Below, piece by piece: positions 9,481 through 18,517 of a stretch of DNA of 64,000 nt. Positions within the stretch are counted from its first letter, which is position 1, and each line of letters starts with the position of its first letter. The DNA lies in IMG/VR virus record IMGVR_UViG_3300014969_000018, positions 6,658 to 70,657 of that record; one strand, written 5' to 3'. The translations under genes and the position numbers were made by a program. Origin of the DNA: a virus. Taxonomy: Duplodnaviria > Caudoviricetes. The notes below the pieces were generated by a model. It searched no databases. It saw nothing but the letters and a program-made list of their open reading frames with translations, and was not told the origin of the DNA.

Positions 9481-9581
9481 AAGCTGGCTCCCCTTCTGAG
9501 GGTTACCGGCATTGGCGAGCTTCGCCGCAGTCCGTGTGTTTAGACCGCTAGCGGCATCCGAGCTTCGGACACCACCCCGAG

Positions 9582-10121
9582 CTACTCGGGGATTTCGATG
9601 GCCTCACGCGAGGTCTTGATGACCGGAGTGGTTCGCGGAGCCTGCCCATCTGGGGCCTCTGCCATCCGCAGGCGATGTACCTGCATGGCGCGAGTCGCGC
9701 GCACATAATCCTCTTGTCTTGCCTGCACTGTCAAGCGCATGGGCCTTTCCATCAGGATCATGTCGTTGACGATGACCGGTCCCTCGGTGCCAACGGGCGC
9801 GAATCTGTCGGGAAACATGCTGTGCGGCACGTTGCGCCAACCTTGATCGTAGTAAGCCCGCTGCAGTGAGTAGTCGCGCTTGCCGTAGGTCTCGTAGGTG
9901 TTCCACTGGAAGTCAGTCTCGCGCGCGATCTGCTCCGCCGTGCCGGTCCCGTTGGTCGGGCAATACACCCGCCTGATGTCATCGATGTCGTAGGGATTGA
10001 TGACGGCATCGCCAGTCCGCATGCGCTGACGACCGTCGTCCGTGGGACGTATGTCGCCACGCATCTCAGGACGCACATCTTCTTCGCGCTGGATTGGTGA
10101 GGGTACCCGCTCCATCGGCAA
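9582..10121 (-). CDS. Hypothetical head-module protein
   Basis: 179-aa ORF in the head operon (QGWRNVP...VNDMILMERP). Confidence 0.6.
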   Translation of the reverse strand: MPMERVPSPIQREEDVRPEMRGDIRPTDDGRQRMRTGDAVINPYDIDDIRRVYCPTNGTGTAEQIARETDFQWNTYETYGKRDYSLQRAYYDQGWRNVPHSMFPDRFAPVGTEGPVIVNDMILMERPMRLTVQARQEDYVRATRAMQVHRLRMAEAPDGQAPRTTPVIKTSREAIEIPE

Positions 10122-10124
10122 CTC

Positions 10125-11069
10125 CTATGTGATTGGTGTTATCCGCCCTTCTTTGAGCAGCTTGACGTAATTGGTGGCCCACTCGCTCGGTGTGACACCC
10201 TGCTCATCCGCCAGCCGCCGCATCTTGGGCGTCATGCGGAAGGTGCCGGGAGCCAGATTGTCGCTGCCGGGACCGGGACCGCGATCAACCGGCGCAGAAT
10301 AGCCGGGGACGCGCGGGACCGATGTCCCGTTTTGCTGCGCAGTTTGAGCTTGACCGTTGCCCCCCAGTGACTGCTCGACATACCGGAAATACGCCTCGGT
10401 ATCCACGGCATAGCCAGCATCGAGCGCCCTGTCGTGAGCATCGATGGCGATCTTCTTGAGCGTGCCGTCACCACGGATCAGATCGGGGTGCTTGCGCAGG
10501 AACGCCTGCGTGGCGGGAGTGCGATTGGCAATCGCCCGCTCCACCGGATCCGTTGGCGGCTGCGGTCGCTGCGGCTGTGTCTGCTGCTGGGGTTGACGAC
10601 GCTGCGGCTGCTGCCGCTGCTGCTGCAATGCGAGCTTCTCGCGCTCCGCTATCGCCAGCGCGCCGCCGATGCGTCCAAGTTGCTTGTTGATTGCCGCCGC
10701 AGCTTTGAAGTCGCCCTCGTTCATGGCCACTTCGGCCTGCGAGGTTAAGCTGTCCATATCCGCCGACATGCCCTGTATCTGGCTCTCGACGTAGGCCTCA
10801 TAGTTGGAGCCACCGCGCTGCTCGGCCTCCTGCGCCATCTGCAGGGCCTGATCGCGCTCAGCCGCGATGCGGCGAGCCGTCTCCGTCATCTGCGCCCGCT
10901 CCCGGCGCTCGACGGCGAGTTGCTGCTGCAGATCCTGCAGCCCCACTTGGGGGGCAACCGCAGCGGCAGGCGGGCCGGGAACCGGCGGCGGCTTAACCTC
11001 GCCCTTAACCTCGACCTCTGGCTCAGCGTTCAGATTGACGACCAGATCCTCTTCACCCTCGTCAGCCAT
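10125..11069 (-). CDS. Capsid scaffolding protein
   Basis: Acidic N-terminus, long coiled coil, Gln/Pro linker, C-terminal helix MTPKMRRLADEQGVTPSEWATNYVKL. Confidence 0.75.
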   Translation of the reverse strand: MADEGEEDLVVNLNAEPEVEVKGEVKPPPVPGPPAAAVAPQVGLQDLQQQLAVERRERAQMTETARRIAAERDQALQMAQEAEQRGGSNYEAYVESQIQGMSADMDSLTSQAEVAMNEGDFKAAAAINKQLGRIGGALAIAEREKLALQQQRQQPQRRQPQQQTQPQRPQPPTDPVERAIANRTPATQAFLRKHPDLIRGDGTLKKIAIDAHDRALDAGYAVDTEAYFRYVEQSLGGNGQAQTAQQNGTSVPRVPGYSAPVDRGPGPGSDNLAPGTFRMTPKMRRLADEQGVTPSEWATNYVKLLKEGRITPIT

Positions 11070-11078
11070 TGTCCTCTC

Positions 11079-11561
11079 CTAATATACCAGCTTCGGGTCC
11101 GTGACCTTCCCGAGGATCCTCACGTCGGGGATCCACCGGCAATGCACACGGTTGACCGTCATCTGCCGCGCGTCGTGGATGTCCCACAGGATCCACTCGC
11201 CGTTCTTCACGTTCTGACCCTTGAACTTGTTGCGGTCGTCATCCACGAACGCCAGCGGTCCCTTGCCGAGGACCAGCCCGACCTTGCCCTGCCACAGCGC
11301 CTCGTCCTGCGATTTCTCCGAACGGAAGAATTTCTGGCCTCCCGGAAGGATCTCGAACGCTGGCAGGTAGTAGGTGGCCGCTATCACGTAATTCCCGAAC
11401 CAAGTGACGTTATCCATCCACATCTGGCAGCGGGACAGCATGAACTCAGCAGGATCTGCTGCATATTCTTCCGCCTCACGCTCGTTGTTCCAAGGCGTCT
11501 GCGCCCCCTGCGCCATGGTGGGGATGCTGCCACCTCCCACCGTGAGTATCGGCTGACCCAT
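11079..11561 (-). CDS. GroES/Cpn10-like co-chaperonin-fold protein
   Basis: KVGLVLGKGPLAF...VKNGEWILW...VNRVHCRWIPDVRILGKV matches the GroES pattern G.VVAVGPG...VKVGD.V.F...R.+.D.DILA. Confidence 0.6.
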   Translation of the reverse strand: MGQPILTVGGGSIPTMAQGAQTPWNNEREAEEYAADPAEFMLSRCQMWMDNVTWFGNYVIAATYYLPAFEILPGGQKFFRSEKSQDEALWQGKVGLVLGKGPLAFVDDDRNKFKGQNVKNGEWILWDIHDARQMTVNRVHCRWIPDVRILGKVTDPKLVY

Positions 11562-11806
11562 CAGTTCACCCTGCCCATGTGATCGCGGCTCGGCTCATGG
11601 TCGTCCATGCGCTGCGCCAGCGCGTTCATCTCGTTGAGCGCCAGTTCCAGCCCCTCGATGCGGCCAGCCGTGCGCTGGAAGATCTCCCACGTCTGGGAGG
11701 CGCGGAGCCCCTGATGGAGCCCCGGCTTTTCGTTGTCTCCGTACAGGATGCGCTGGTAAACGCGCTCCAGCGCATCCTTGAACACCTGATCCTCGCGGTC
11801 GTACAT
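11561..11806 (-). CDS. Hypothetical protein
   Basis: 81-aa helical ORF, coupled on both sides (YQRILYG...AGRIEGLELAL). Confidence 0.6.
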   Translation of the reverse strand: MYDREDQVFKDALERVYQRILYGDNEKPGLHQGLRASQTWEIFQRTAGRIEGLELALNEMNALAQRMDDHEPSRDHMGRVN

Positions 11807-13419
11807 CAGATCCTCTTGGAGGCCGCCAACCGTCCCAGCCCGGAGCCCGCGCCAGCCCTCTTCACCGAGCCGCCTTTATTGAACGAGAACTTGCCACCAG
11901 CGCCCGGAGCCCCCGGCACGGCACCCGGCTTGAACCCGGCGCTCTGGCTGCTGCGCGCAAGTGACTGGGTGGATCCCGCAACCGCCTGACCCGCCTTCGT
12001 TGCCGCATCTTGCGCGCCTTGCGCCGCCTTGACCCCATAGGCACCAGCGGAGGAGCCAGAGGCTGCCGGATTGAGCACCTTGTTCACGCCCGTCAGCGCC
12101 TTCATCACACCCTTCATGCTGCCGCCGGAAGAGTCAGCCGGTGTCGTGACTGACGTGCTGCTGGCCTGTGGCGTGGGGTCTTCCTCGCTGTCGGTCGCGG
12201 AATATCCGCCACCACCATCTTGGTACTTCTTGATCTTGCCGCCCTTATTGTATCCGGGACGGGTTGGGCGACCGCCGGTCGGCGGAGTAAGCGGCACAAT
12301 CGGAGACTTCTGGCCGCCCATGGCACCCGGCACGGCACCGGGCGTGAACGGCTTGCGTGGCGGCACCCCTCGCGGGCCGAGCCCCGCTTGTCCGGTCCCG
12401 CCTCCGAACTGGCGCTTCTTGACTGCGCCACCCTTCTTCAGGGGCTCGCCTCGCAGTGCCTTCAGAAAATTGGGATCGGGGCCGGTTCTCTGACTTTCCA
12501 GATTCGCTATCCCGGCCTGAGAAGTTGGCGTGTTCACCACCGAAGTGCGCGCCTCATCCGGCGACATGGACATGAGCCGCGCAGCCCCTTGAGCACCAAC
12601 AGGCGGAGGCGCTCCTGCCGGGACCGGCACTTTCCTTCCGTCGAACGAAGTCCCCAGCCCTCCGCCAACTCCACCCACTGACACGTCAGGCGCGTCCGCT
12701 GAGTCACCCGACTGGGAGATATCCACTCCGGGCGGCCCGCCACGGATCCCTATTGGGCCTCCGTTAGCCTTTTTTTTTACGCTGCCGCCATTGGCGAAGC
12801 CCTTGCCCCAGTTGTGATAGGTGTATCCAACCGAGCCGCCCTTAGCCATTCCGGGGGGTCTATTCACCGGCATGGGCGGGGGCGGCCCGACTGGACCCGC
12901 TGCAGCAGGAGGCGGCACGTTCACGTTAATCGGCGGTCCACCGGCACCGGGCGGCCCGACCGGGGGCCGAGGAGGCAGCCCACCGGGAGAACCGCCAACC
13001 GGAACAGGTACGGGCCGGTTGACCGGCACGGGAATTGGCACTGGGCGCGGCGGAGCCGCAGCCTGACCACCACCCGGAGAAGCGATGACGATGTTCGTGG
13101 TTGAATGTCCCTTGCGGCTCTTCTTCTTGCCGCCCATCCCGCCACCGACAAAGCCGCCGCTCGCCAGCTTCTGCGGGGCACGATCAGCGCGCTTCAATGC
13201 AGCGCCGCCAGAGATCGTAAGCTCGCGCGATGTCCCGGCACCTTTGCTGGGATAGGAGGTCTTCTTGTACATCGAGCTTGAGCCGAAGGACTTTCCAGCT
13301 TTCGCGCCCAGCGCGCTCAAACGGCGCTTCTGCGAGGCTTTGGCTTGTGAGGCATAGGGATGTGCCATGGCTATCTCCGCCAACCGATGAGAAACGGCCA
13401 GCTTGTCGCTAACCGCCAA
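11806..13419 (-). CDS. Low-complexity Gly/Pro/Lys-rich protein with about 9 xxGGx(V/I) motifs; probable internal virion protein
   Basis: Follows the portal gene. Start uncertain (TTG 13419 or MAHPY). Confidence 0.65.
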   Translation of the reverse strand: MAVSDKLAVSHRLAEIAMAHPYASQAKASQKRRLSALGAKAGKSFGSSSMYKKTSYPSKGAGTSRELTISGGAALKRADRAPQKLASGGFVGGGMGGKKKSRKGHSTTNIVIASPGGGQAAAPPRPVPIPVPVNRPVPVPVGGSPGGLPPRPPVGPPGAGGPPINVNVPPPAAAGPVGPPPPMPVNRPPGMAKGGSVGYTYHNWGKGFANGGSVKKKANGGPIGIRGGPPGVDISQSGDSADAPDVSVGGVGGGLGTSFDGRKVPVPAGAPPPVGAQGAARLMSMSPDEARTSVVNTPTSQAGIANLESQRTGPDPNFLKALRGEPLKKGGAVKKRQFGGGTGQAGLGPRGVPPRKPFTPGAVPGAMGGQKSPIVPLTPPTGGRPTRPGYNKGGKIKKYQDGGGGYSATDSEEDPTPQASSTSVTTPADSSGGSMKGVMKALTGVNKVLNPAASGSSAGAYGVKAAQGAQDAATKAGQAVAGSTQSLARSSQSAGFKPGAVPGAPGAGGKFSFNKGGSVKRAGAGSGLGRLAASKRI

Positions 13420-13471
13420 ATGCTCCTCCGAAAGTAGACGTAACAGATTCCTCTGTTCACGTTCTCGATTT

Positions 13472-15769
13472 TCATATGATCCTCTGCCCCGGCGGGCGCG
13501 GCGGCGCGATCATTTGCGGCCATCCACGCACGAACTGCTCAGCCACCGGGGTCGCGAGCGGATGCACCAGCGCGCCCTCGGCGAGGTTCATCTGCTCCTG
13601 CGCGATCTTCTGGTTCTCGATCTTCTCCCGCGAAGCCCGCTCCTCGCGATTGTCGGCGAGCTTCATGTACTCCTTTAATACATCCATCTTCTCCGAGAGA
13701 ATATCGAGGTTCGCCTGCATCTGGGCGTCGGCGGTCTTCTGCTTGAGTTCGACCATCTTGAACTGGATCTCGGCCATGTCAGCCATGACCTTGGGATCCA
13801 TACCCGGCTGCTGCTGATCGTCCTTCTTCGCCATCAGGTCATCGACGTTGCCCATGCCGACCATGGTCGCCACGCGGCGGATCACCGCCGGGACATCCCA
13901 CTCATCGGGCTTAAGCTGGACAAGCTGAACCAGCGCAACCGCCTTCATCACACGTATGGTGTGCGACGGCGTGTTGGGGTCCGCCATCGGCGTGAGGTTG
14001 CACTCTTGGAGCGCGCGGACGAGATCTTCCTTCTCCCACTCTCGCGCAGGAGATGACCTAGCGCAAAGCAAGCTATCCGGGTCGTCAATAAATAGGTCAC
14101 GAAGTAGGGAGAACTCTTCCGCTTGCGCAATGTGCATCCCCTTGTGGACGCTGTCCAAGACCTTGACGGCTTGGTCTAGCATGGCAAGCGTCGTGCCGAC
14201 AGGAACGTCCTGCCTTCCCTCCCCGACCATCAACTCTGGCGTCCCGCCGACACGACGTGCCTCCTCCTCGATGTGCGTAGTCACCTGCACCAGCCCGGAC
14301 GTGACATCCTTGTACGGCAAGGGCATCACGTTCTGACCAATGGGCTGGCCGCCAGTGTTGATTCTTACACCTGAGCCCAGCCCAACCCGGAAGCTCATGG
14401 TGTCTTGGCGGCCCACTGTCTCGGAATAGAGAAAACCGGGCCAACTCGAAAAAGCCGCGCTGTCCAGCGCCAGCCGCCACGCCGTGGTGATCGCTGCCGT
14501 CGCGTTGCCCATGATGTTGAGCAAGCCTATCCCGTAGAAGCCCAGACCCTCCACGAAGGGGTACTTCACGATGGGCATGTGCTTGAGATAGCGGTCGTCG
14601 CCTTCCTTCCAGTTGCGGCGCACCTCTAGGACAGTCTGACTGTCCTTATCGATGGTCACGCGATACGGGAGCGGCAGACCGGTGATCTTGCCCTTCTCCT
14701 GATGCTCGAACCCGGCGATGTCCAGTTCGCAGTACACCTCGTAGATCGTGTGCTTGTAATCCTCCGGGCGCATCGAGTAGGGCGAGAGACCGGCCACGTC
14801 CTTCTCGGCCTTCTCGGCTGAGTCAGGATCTGGTGCGCTGGGGGTGTGGACATCGACAGAAAGGTACGTTCCGGCAAGCTGCATCCGCTTCAACATGGAT
14901 TGTTGCATGTTGATACGATGCGTTACCCGAGCGCAGTCGGAGAGCGAAACCTCGTTGTCCGACACGATGATGTCTTTGGCATCGACGGTCTTCGACACCG
15001 GGCGGCGTCTGACCGGGCAGCGGTAGACCTTCTTGAAGCCGCAGCCGCCGAAGCCCTGCATGAAGAACATGCGGTTGGTGTCGGGATAGTATTCCCGGTC
15101 CACCACCGTCAGGTACCGGTTGAAGAGTGTCTCCAGATCCTCCGCCAGAATGTCACTGTCATCCTGCTTGACCCCAGCCTGCTCATACTTCTGCTGGCGA
15201 CCGGGGGTACGGATGGTGCTGGTGTTGTTGATCTTGACCGGCCCGCCAGCGGGAAGAAGCTCGCCTCGGGCGTTGGCCTGAAACCGCATCACCGCATCGA
15301 GCATGATGGGGGAGCGGATGGTCGCTTGGCCTTCTACGGCAGTGTCGGCGTCGGCGCTAGGACTTCGTGGACTTTCTACTTTAAGGGCTAAGTGCTTGAT
15401 CCCGGAGGCCCTTCTTTCCAGCCAGTCCATCCGGGTCTGCTCATCGGCGTCGATGCCGTTGAGGAGTTCGTCGCAGATCCGGGCTAGCTCGTTGTCATCG
15501 ATGTACTCGCCCAGATTGGTGTCGTGGACCTTGGCCCCGGCGGGATCCTTGTTGCTCGCCTTCTTGCCATCCAGACGGATGATAAGGGAGCCGTCCCTCT
15601 GCTCGATGCCGATGTCCTCGACCCCCTCCTCGGCATCCTCCTGCAGGACGACAATCGTCCCCTCCGGGAAAGGCAGCGGAGCCTGACCGGGCAGCGGGTC
15701 GTCCAAGTTCCGGTAATGCTCGGTGGGGGTCGCGCCGTTCCCGTTAAGGCCGCCGCCGTTGATAGCCAT
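13472..15769 (-). CDS. Portal protein (P22-like)
   Basis: 765 aa, downstream of terL; GCGFKKVY, GLPLPYRVTID, GFYGIGLL motifs; C-terminal coiled-coil barrel. Confidence 0.88.
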   Translation of the reverse strand: MAINGGGLNGNGATPTEHYRNLDDPLPGQAPLPFPEGTIVVLQEDAEEGVEDIGIEQRDGSLIIRLDGKKASNKDPAGAKVHDTNLGEYIDDNELARICDELLNGIDADEQTRMDWLERRASGIKHLALKVESPRSPSADADTAVEGQATIRSPIMLDAVMRFQANARGELLPAGGPVKINNTSTIRTPGRQQKYEQAGVKQDDSDILAEDLETLFNRYLTVVDREYYPDTNRMFFMQGFGGCGFKKVYRCPVRRRPVSKTVDAKDIIVSDNEVSLSDCARVTHRINMQQSMLKRMQLAGTYLSVDVHTPSAPDPDSAEKAEKDVAGLSPYSMRPEDYKHTIYEVYCELDIAGFEHQEKGKITGLPLPYRVTIDKDSQTVLEVRRNWKEGDDRYLKHMPIVKYPFVEGLGFYGIGLLNIMGNATAAITTAWRLALDSAAFSSWPGFLYSETVGRQDTMSFRVGLGSGVRINTGGQPIGQNVMPLPYKDVTSGLVQVTTHIEEEARRVGGTPELMVGEGRQDVPVGTTLAMLDQAVKVLDSVHKGMHIAQAEEFSLLRDLFIDDPDSLLCARSSPAREWEKEDLVRALQECNLTPMADPNTPSHTIRVMKAVALVQLVQLKPDEWDVPAVIRRVATMVGMGNVDDLMAKKDDQQQPGMDPKVMADMAEIQFKMVELKQKTADAQMQANLDILSEKMDVLKEYMKLADNREERASREKIENQKIAQEQMNLAEGALVHPLATPVAEQFVRGWPQMIAPPRPPGQRII

Positions 15770-15811
15770 AGGTGGGGGCTCCAGAATCGCGGAGCCACCA
15801 TATCACGGCTT

Positions 15812-16126
15812 CTAACGGATAGGAGGCTTCCCATTAATGACGCGAAGCGGCAGGTTGGGGGCTGGCATCCACAGGTAGGGCGGCTTGCGCGGCTGCCCCT
15901 GATTGGAGCGCCAATCCCCCATCGGGCTGAGCGACATCAGCATCAGCCCGTCGTCGCAGGCACAGATCAGCATCACGCCCCTCGGAGGGAGGATGTCCAT
16001 CGAGCGCCAGCCGTTGAGCGCGTAATCGATCAACTGCTCGTAGATCGCCGCTATGGCAGCAAGCTGAGAGTGATCGTAGGCGCGCTCTGACCAGCGCCTG
16101 ACGAACTGGTCCTCGGTCTCCGCCAT
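15812..16126 (-). CDS. Hypothetical protein
   Basis: Start trimmed to MAETEDQFV, overlapping the upstream stop. Confidence 0.55.
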   Translation of the reverse strand: MAETEDQFVRRWSERAYDHSQLAAIAAIYEQLIDYALNGWRSMDILPPRGVMLICACDDGLMLMSLSPMGDWRSNQGQPRKPPYLWMPAPNLPLRVINGKPPIR

Positions 16127-16368
16127 CAGGCAGCCGGGGCCGGGGGCAGGGGCGGGGCCTCCGTGTAGATCATCTGGAAGATCGAGGTGGCAGTCGTCAG
16201 CCAAAGCTGGCGGCGCTCGGGTGCCCAGTACGCCCCCGGCGCGGGAAGCTCCTGCAGCAATCCCATCACGAAGGGATGCAGATCCTCCAGCGCCCCAGCA
16301 TCGTCCACCATCTTCTCTTCAGTGGCCTCACCCGTGGGATACAGTTCCGCCTTCTTACGCCTTGCCAT
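16126..16368 (-). CDS. Hypothetical protein
   Basis: 80 aa; LHPFVMGLLQELP...W..ERRQLWL...IFQMIY. Confidence 0.6.
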   Translation of the reverse strand: MARRKKAELYPTGEATEEKMVDDAGALEDLHPFVMGLLQELPAPGAYWAPERRQLWLTTATSIFQMIYTEAPPLPPAPAA

Positions 16369-16382
16369 TGTCGTCTCCCTTG

Positions 16383-16829
16383 TTAGTCGCTGAGATCGAG
16401 CTTGCGCTCATGTCGCCGCTTGAGATCCTCTACCGTAGGCTCTGGCTCATGGGCCTTCGGCTCCGGGGCAACCTGCTGAACCGAATTGTACCCAGACCCA
16501 AACGCCTGTTTGTACATATTGTCCTGCACCGCGCTCTGAGCGGTCTGATAGGCCCTTGCCAACTCGGAAGACTGCGGAGAAGTGACCGGAATGCTGCCCT
16601 TGCTGGCGCACATCAGCGCCTCCTTGAAAATCTGCAGCTTGGCGATGTGCTTGCCATCCTCCATCTCGTACCGGCTGATCCTCGTGACAGCATCCCCTAC
16701 CCTGATCATCAACTCGTCCGTCTCGAACCCAACATGACACTCGATCCGTGCCCCCGTCCGGCGGCCAACATCGTCCAACCACGGCAACAGCACGTTCCTC
16801 ATGCCCGTCAGGGAGAGCGCCATGGTCAC
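16383..16829 (-). CDS. Hypothetical protein
   Basis: 148-aa ORF coupled to the terL stop. Confidence 0.55.
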   Translation of the reverse strand: MTMALSLTGMRNVLLPWLDDVGRRTGARIECHVGFETDELMIRVGDAVTRISRYEMEDGKHIAKLQIFKEALMCASKGSIPVTSPQSSELARAYQTAQSAVQDNMYKQAFGSGYNSVQQVAPEPKAHEPEPTVEDLKRRHERKLDLSD

Positions 16830-18490
16830 CCCAGCGCCGGGTACAGCGCCGTGGGCGCGCGGACGTACTTGTTGTCATCGATGTGATCGAGTTCATCTTC
16901 ATCCGGCAACTGCGCCAGACCTATCTTCCGTAGATGGATCATGGCTTGCGTCATGGCGTCAGCGAGGTCGTCGTGCTGCCCCTTGGGCAACTCGGCCAAC
17001 TCGGTGATCACCTTCTCGGCCCAATCCTTGAAGAGGTAGTCGCCATTGCCGGTTCCCTCGGCGGGGGCGTAAATCAGGCCGCACTCAAACAGATTCTGTA
17101 CGGCATAGGCCCGCGCCACCTTGTCACCCTCGGGAGGGACAAGCTGGACCCCGAAATCGGAGCGATCCTGCGTTTTCGGATTATGCGAGAGCAGATCCGA
17201 GATGTGCTGCGCTCTACGGCGTAATTCTTGGGCTACGGGGTGCCCTGACGCCTTGTCTTCGATCAAAACCCGATTGACCTTGAACTTTCGGCAGGTTTCC
17301 TCGACTTTTTTGATCAAATCGTAGAGTTCGAGGCGCTCCGCCCACGCCCACATCAGGATAACTCGCCGATTTTCCCACTGGTCGCGGCAAACTCCCACAA
17401 CCACCGCCCCCGAGGGGTCGTTCTGCTTCTTCTCGGTCTGCGCCGTGTCCAAACTCAGCACCGTGTAGCTCATCACCGGCAATTTCGGCCACGGGACACC
17501 AAAACGTGGACATTCCGCCGCTGTATAGGGCCTCCAGTGCTCCCGCTTGATGATCCCGCCGCCACGCGGGGCAGGCCGCTGCTGGTACTGCCCCGCATAG
17601 GCAAACGAGCCTTTCTCCCGCTCGATATTCGCGACTGCTTCGGGTGAGAATCTCTCTGGCCACGCTAAGTCTCCGTCCTCCGTGCGCGGGTCCGCCCACC
17701 CTATGGTGTTGTACGGCTCGCGCCCCGCCTCGAACTCCATCGGAACCATCAAATGACAGTACGGCCAACCTTGTTCAAGTATGAAGCCGGAAATGTCCAA
17801 CTGATGGACCCGCTGCATGATGATGATGATGGCAGAATCGTCCAAGTTATTGAGCCGGTCGGTGATCGTTTCACGAAACCAACGCACGGTATCTGTACGG
17901 ACGATGTCGGACTCGCTTTTATGCACATCATGAGGGTCATCAATGACGACTCGGTCTCCTCTTTCGCCGGTACCAATGCCCTTAACTGACGAAGCAAACT
18001 TACTTCCGGTCTTGTCGTTGGTGATTTTGATCTCACCTTCCTTTTCGAGATTGAATTGGTCACCCCAAAGCTCCCTGTACTTGTCGTGCATCACCAGTTT
18101 GCGGAATTTGGTGTTGTCACGCTCGGTCAGACCCGAGGAATAGGAGAAACTGACGTATCTCAGGTGCGCCATGCCCATCGGACCCCACTCCCAAGCGGGC
18201 CAGAACACGTTCACCATGAGGGATTTCATCGATCCGGGCGGCACATTGATCAATAACCGGGTGATTTTGCCCAGCGTGACCGCCTCTAGGTGCTCGCAGA
18301 TCGCATACAGCACCCATCCTTCGACCAACTTGGTCTCGGGCTCCAAGATATTCCAGAATTTGCGCACAAAATCGATCAAACCGCCCGGTCGCGACTGCTT
18401 CTTACGCTCACGGCGCAGTTCAAGCTCGTCCTGCATGAGCTTGAGAACGTCAGGTGCCAGTTCAGGCGCTAAATCCGTCTCTTCTGTCAC
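16826..18490 (-). CDS. terL: Terminase large subunit
   Basis: Walker A NVPPGSMKS, Walker B VVIDDPH, RNase H-like nuclease motifs SLDTA and HDDLADAMTQA; GGAG RBS. Confidence 0.93.
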   Translation of the reverse strand: MTEETDLAPELAPDVLKLMQDELELRRERKKQSRPGGLIDFVRKFWNILEPETKLVEGWVLYAICEHLEAVTLGKITRLLINVPPGSMKSLMVNVFWPAWEWGPMGMAHLRYVSFSYSSGLTERDNTKFRKLVMHDKYRELWGDQFNLEKEGEIKITNDKTGSKFASSVKGIGTGERGDRVVIDDPHDVHKSESDIVRTDTVRWFRETITDRLNNLDDSAIIIIMQRVHQLDISGFILEQGWPYCHLMVPMEFEAGREPYNTIGWADPRTEDGDLAWPERFSPEAVANIEREKGSFAYAGQYQQRPAPRGGGIIKREHWRPYTAAECPRFGVPWPKLPVMSYTVLSLDTAQTEKKQNDPSGAVVVGVCRDQWENRRVILMWAWAERLELYDLIKKVEETCRKFKVNRVLIEDKASGHPVAQELRRRAQHISDLLSHNPKTQDRSDFGVQLVPPEGDKVARAYAVQNLFECGLIYAPAEGTGNGDYLFKDWAEKVITELAELPKGQHDDLADAMTQAMIHLRKIGLAQLPDEDELDHIDDNKYVRAPTALYPALG

Positions 18491-18517
18491 TGCTCTCTCC
18501 CCGAATCGTCGGGAGAT

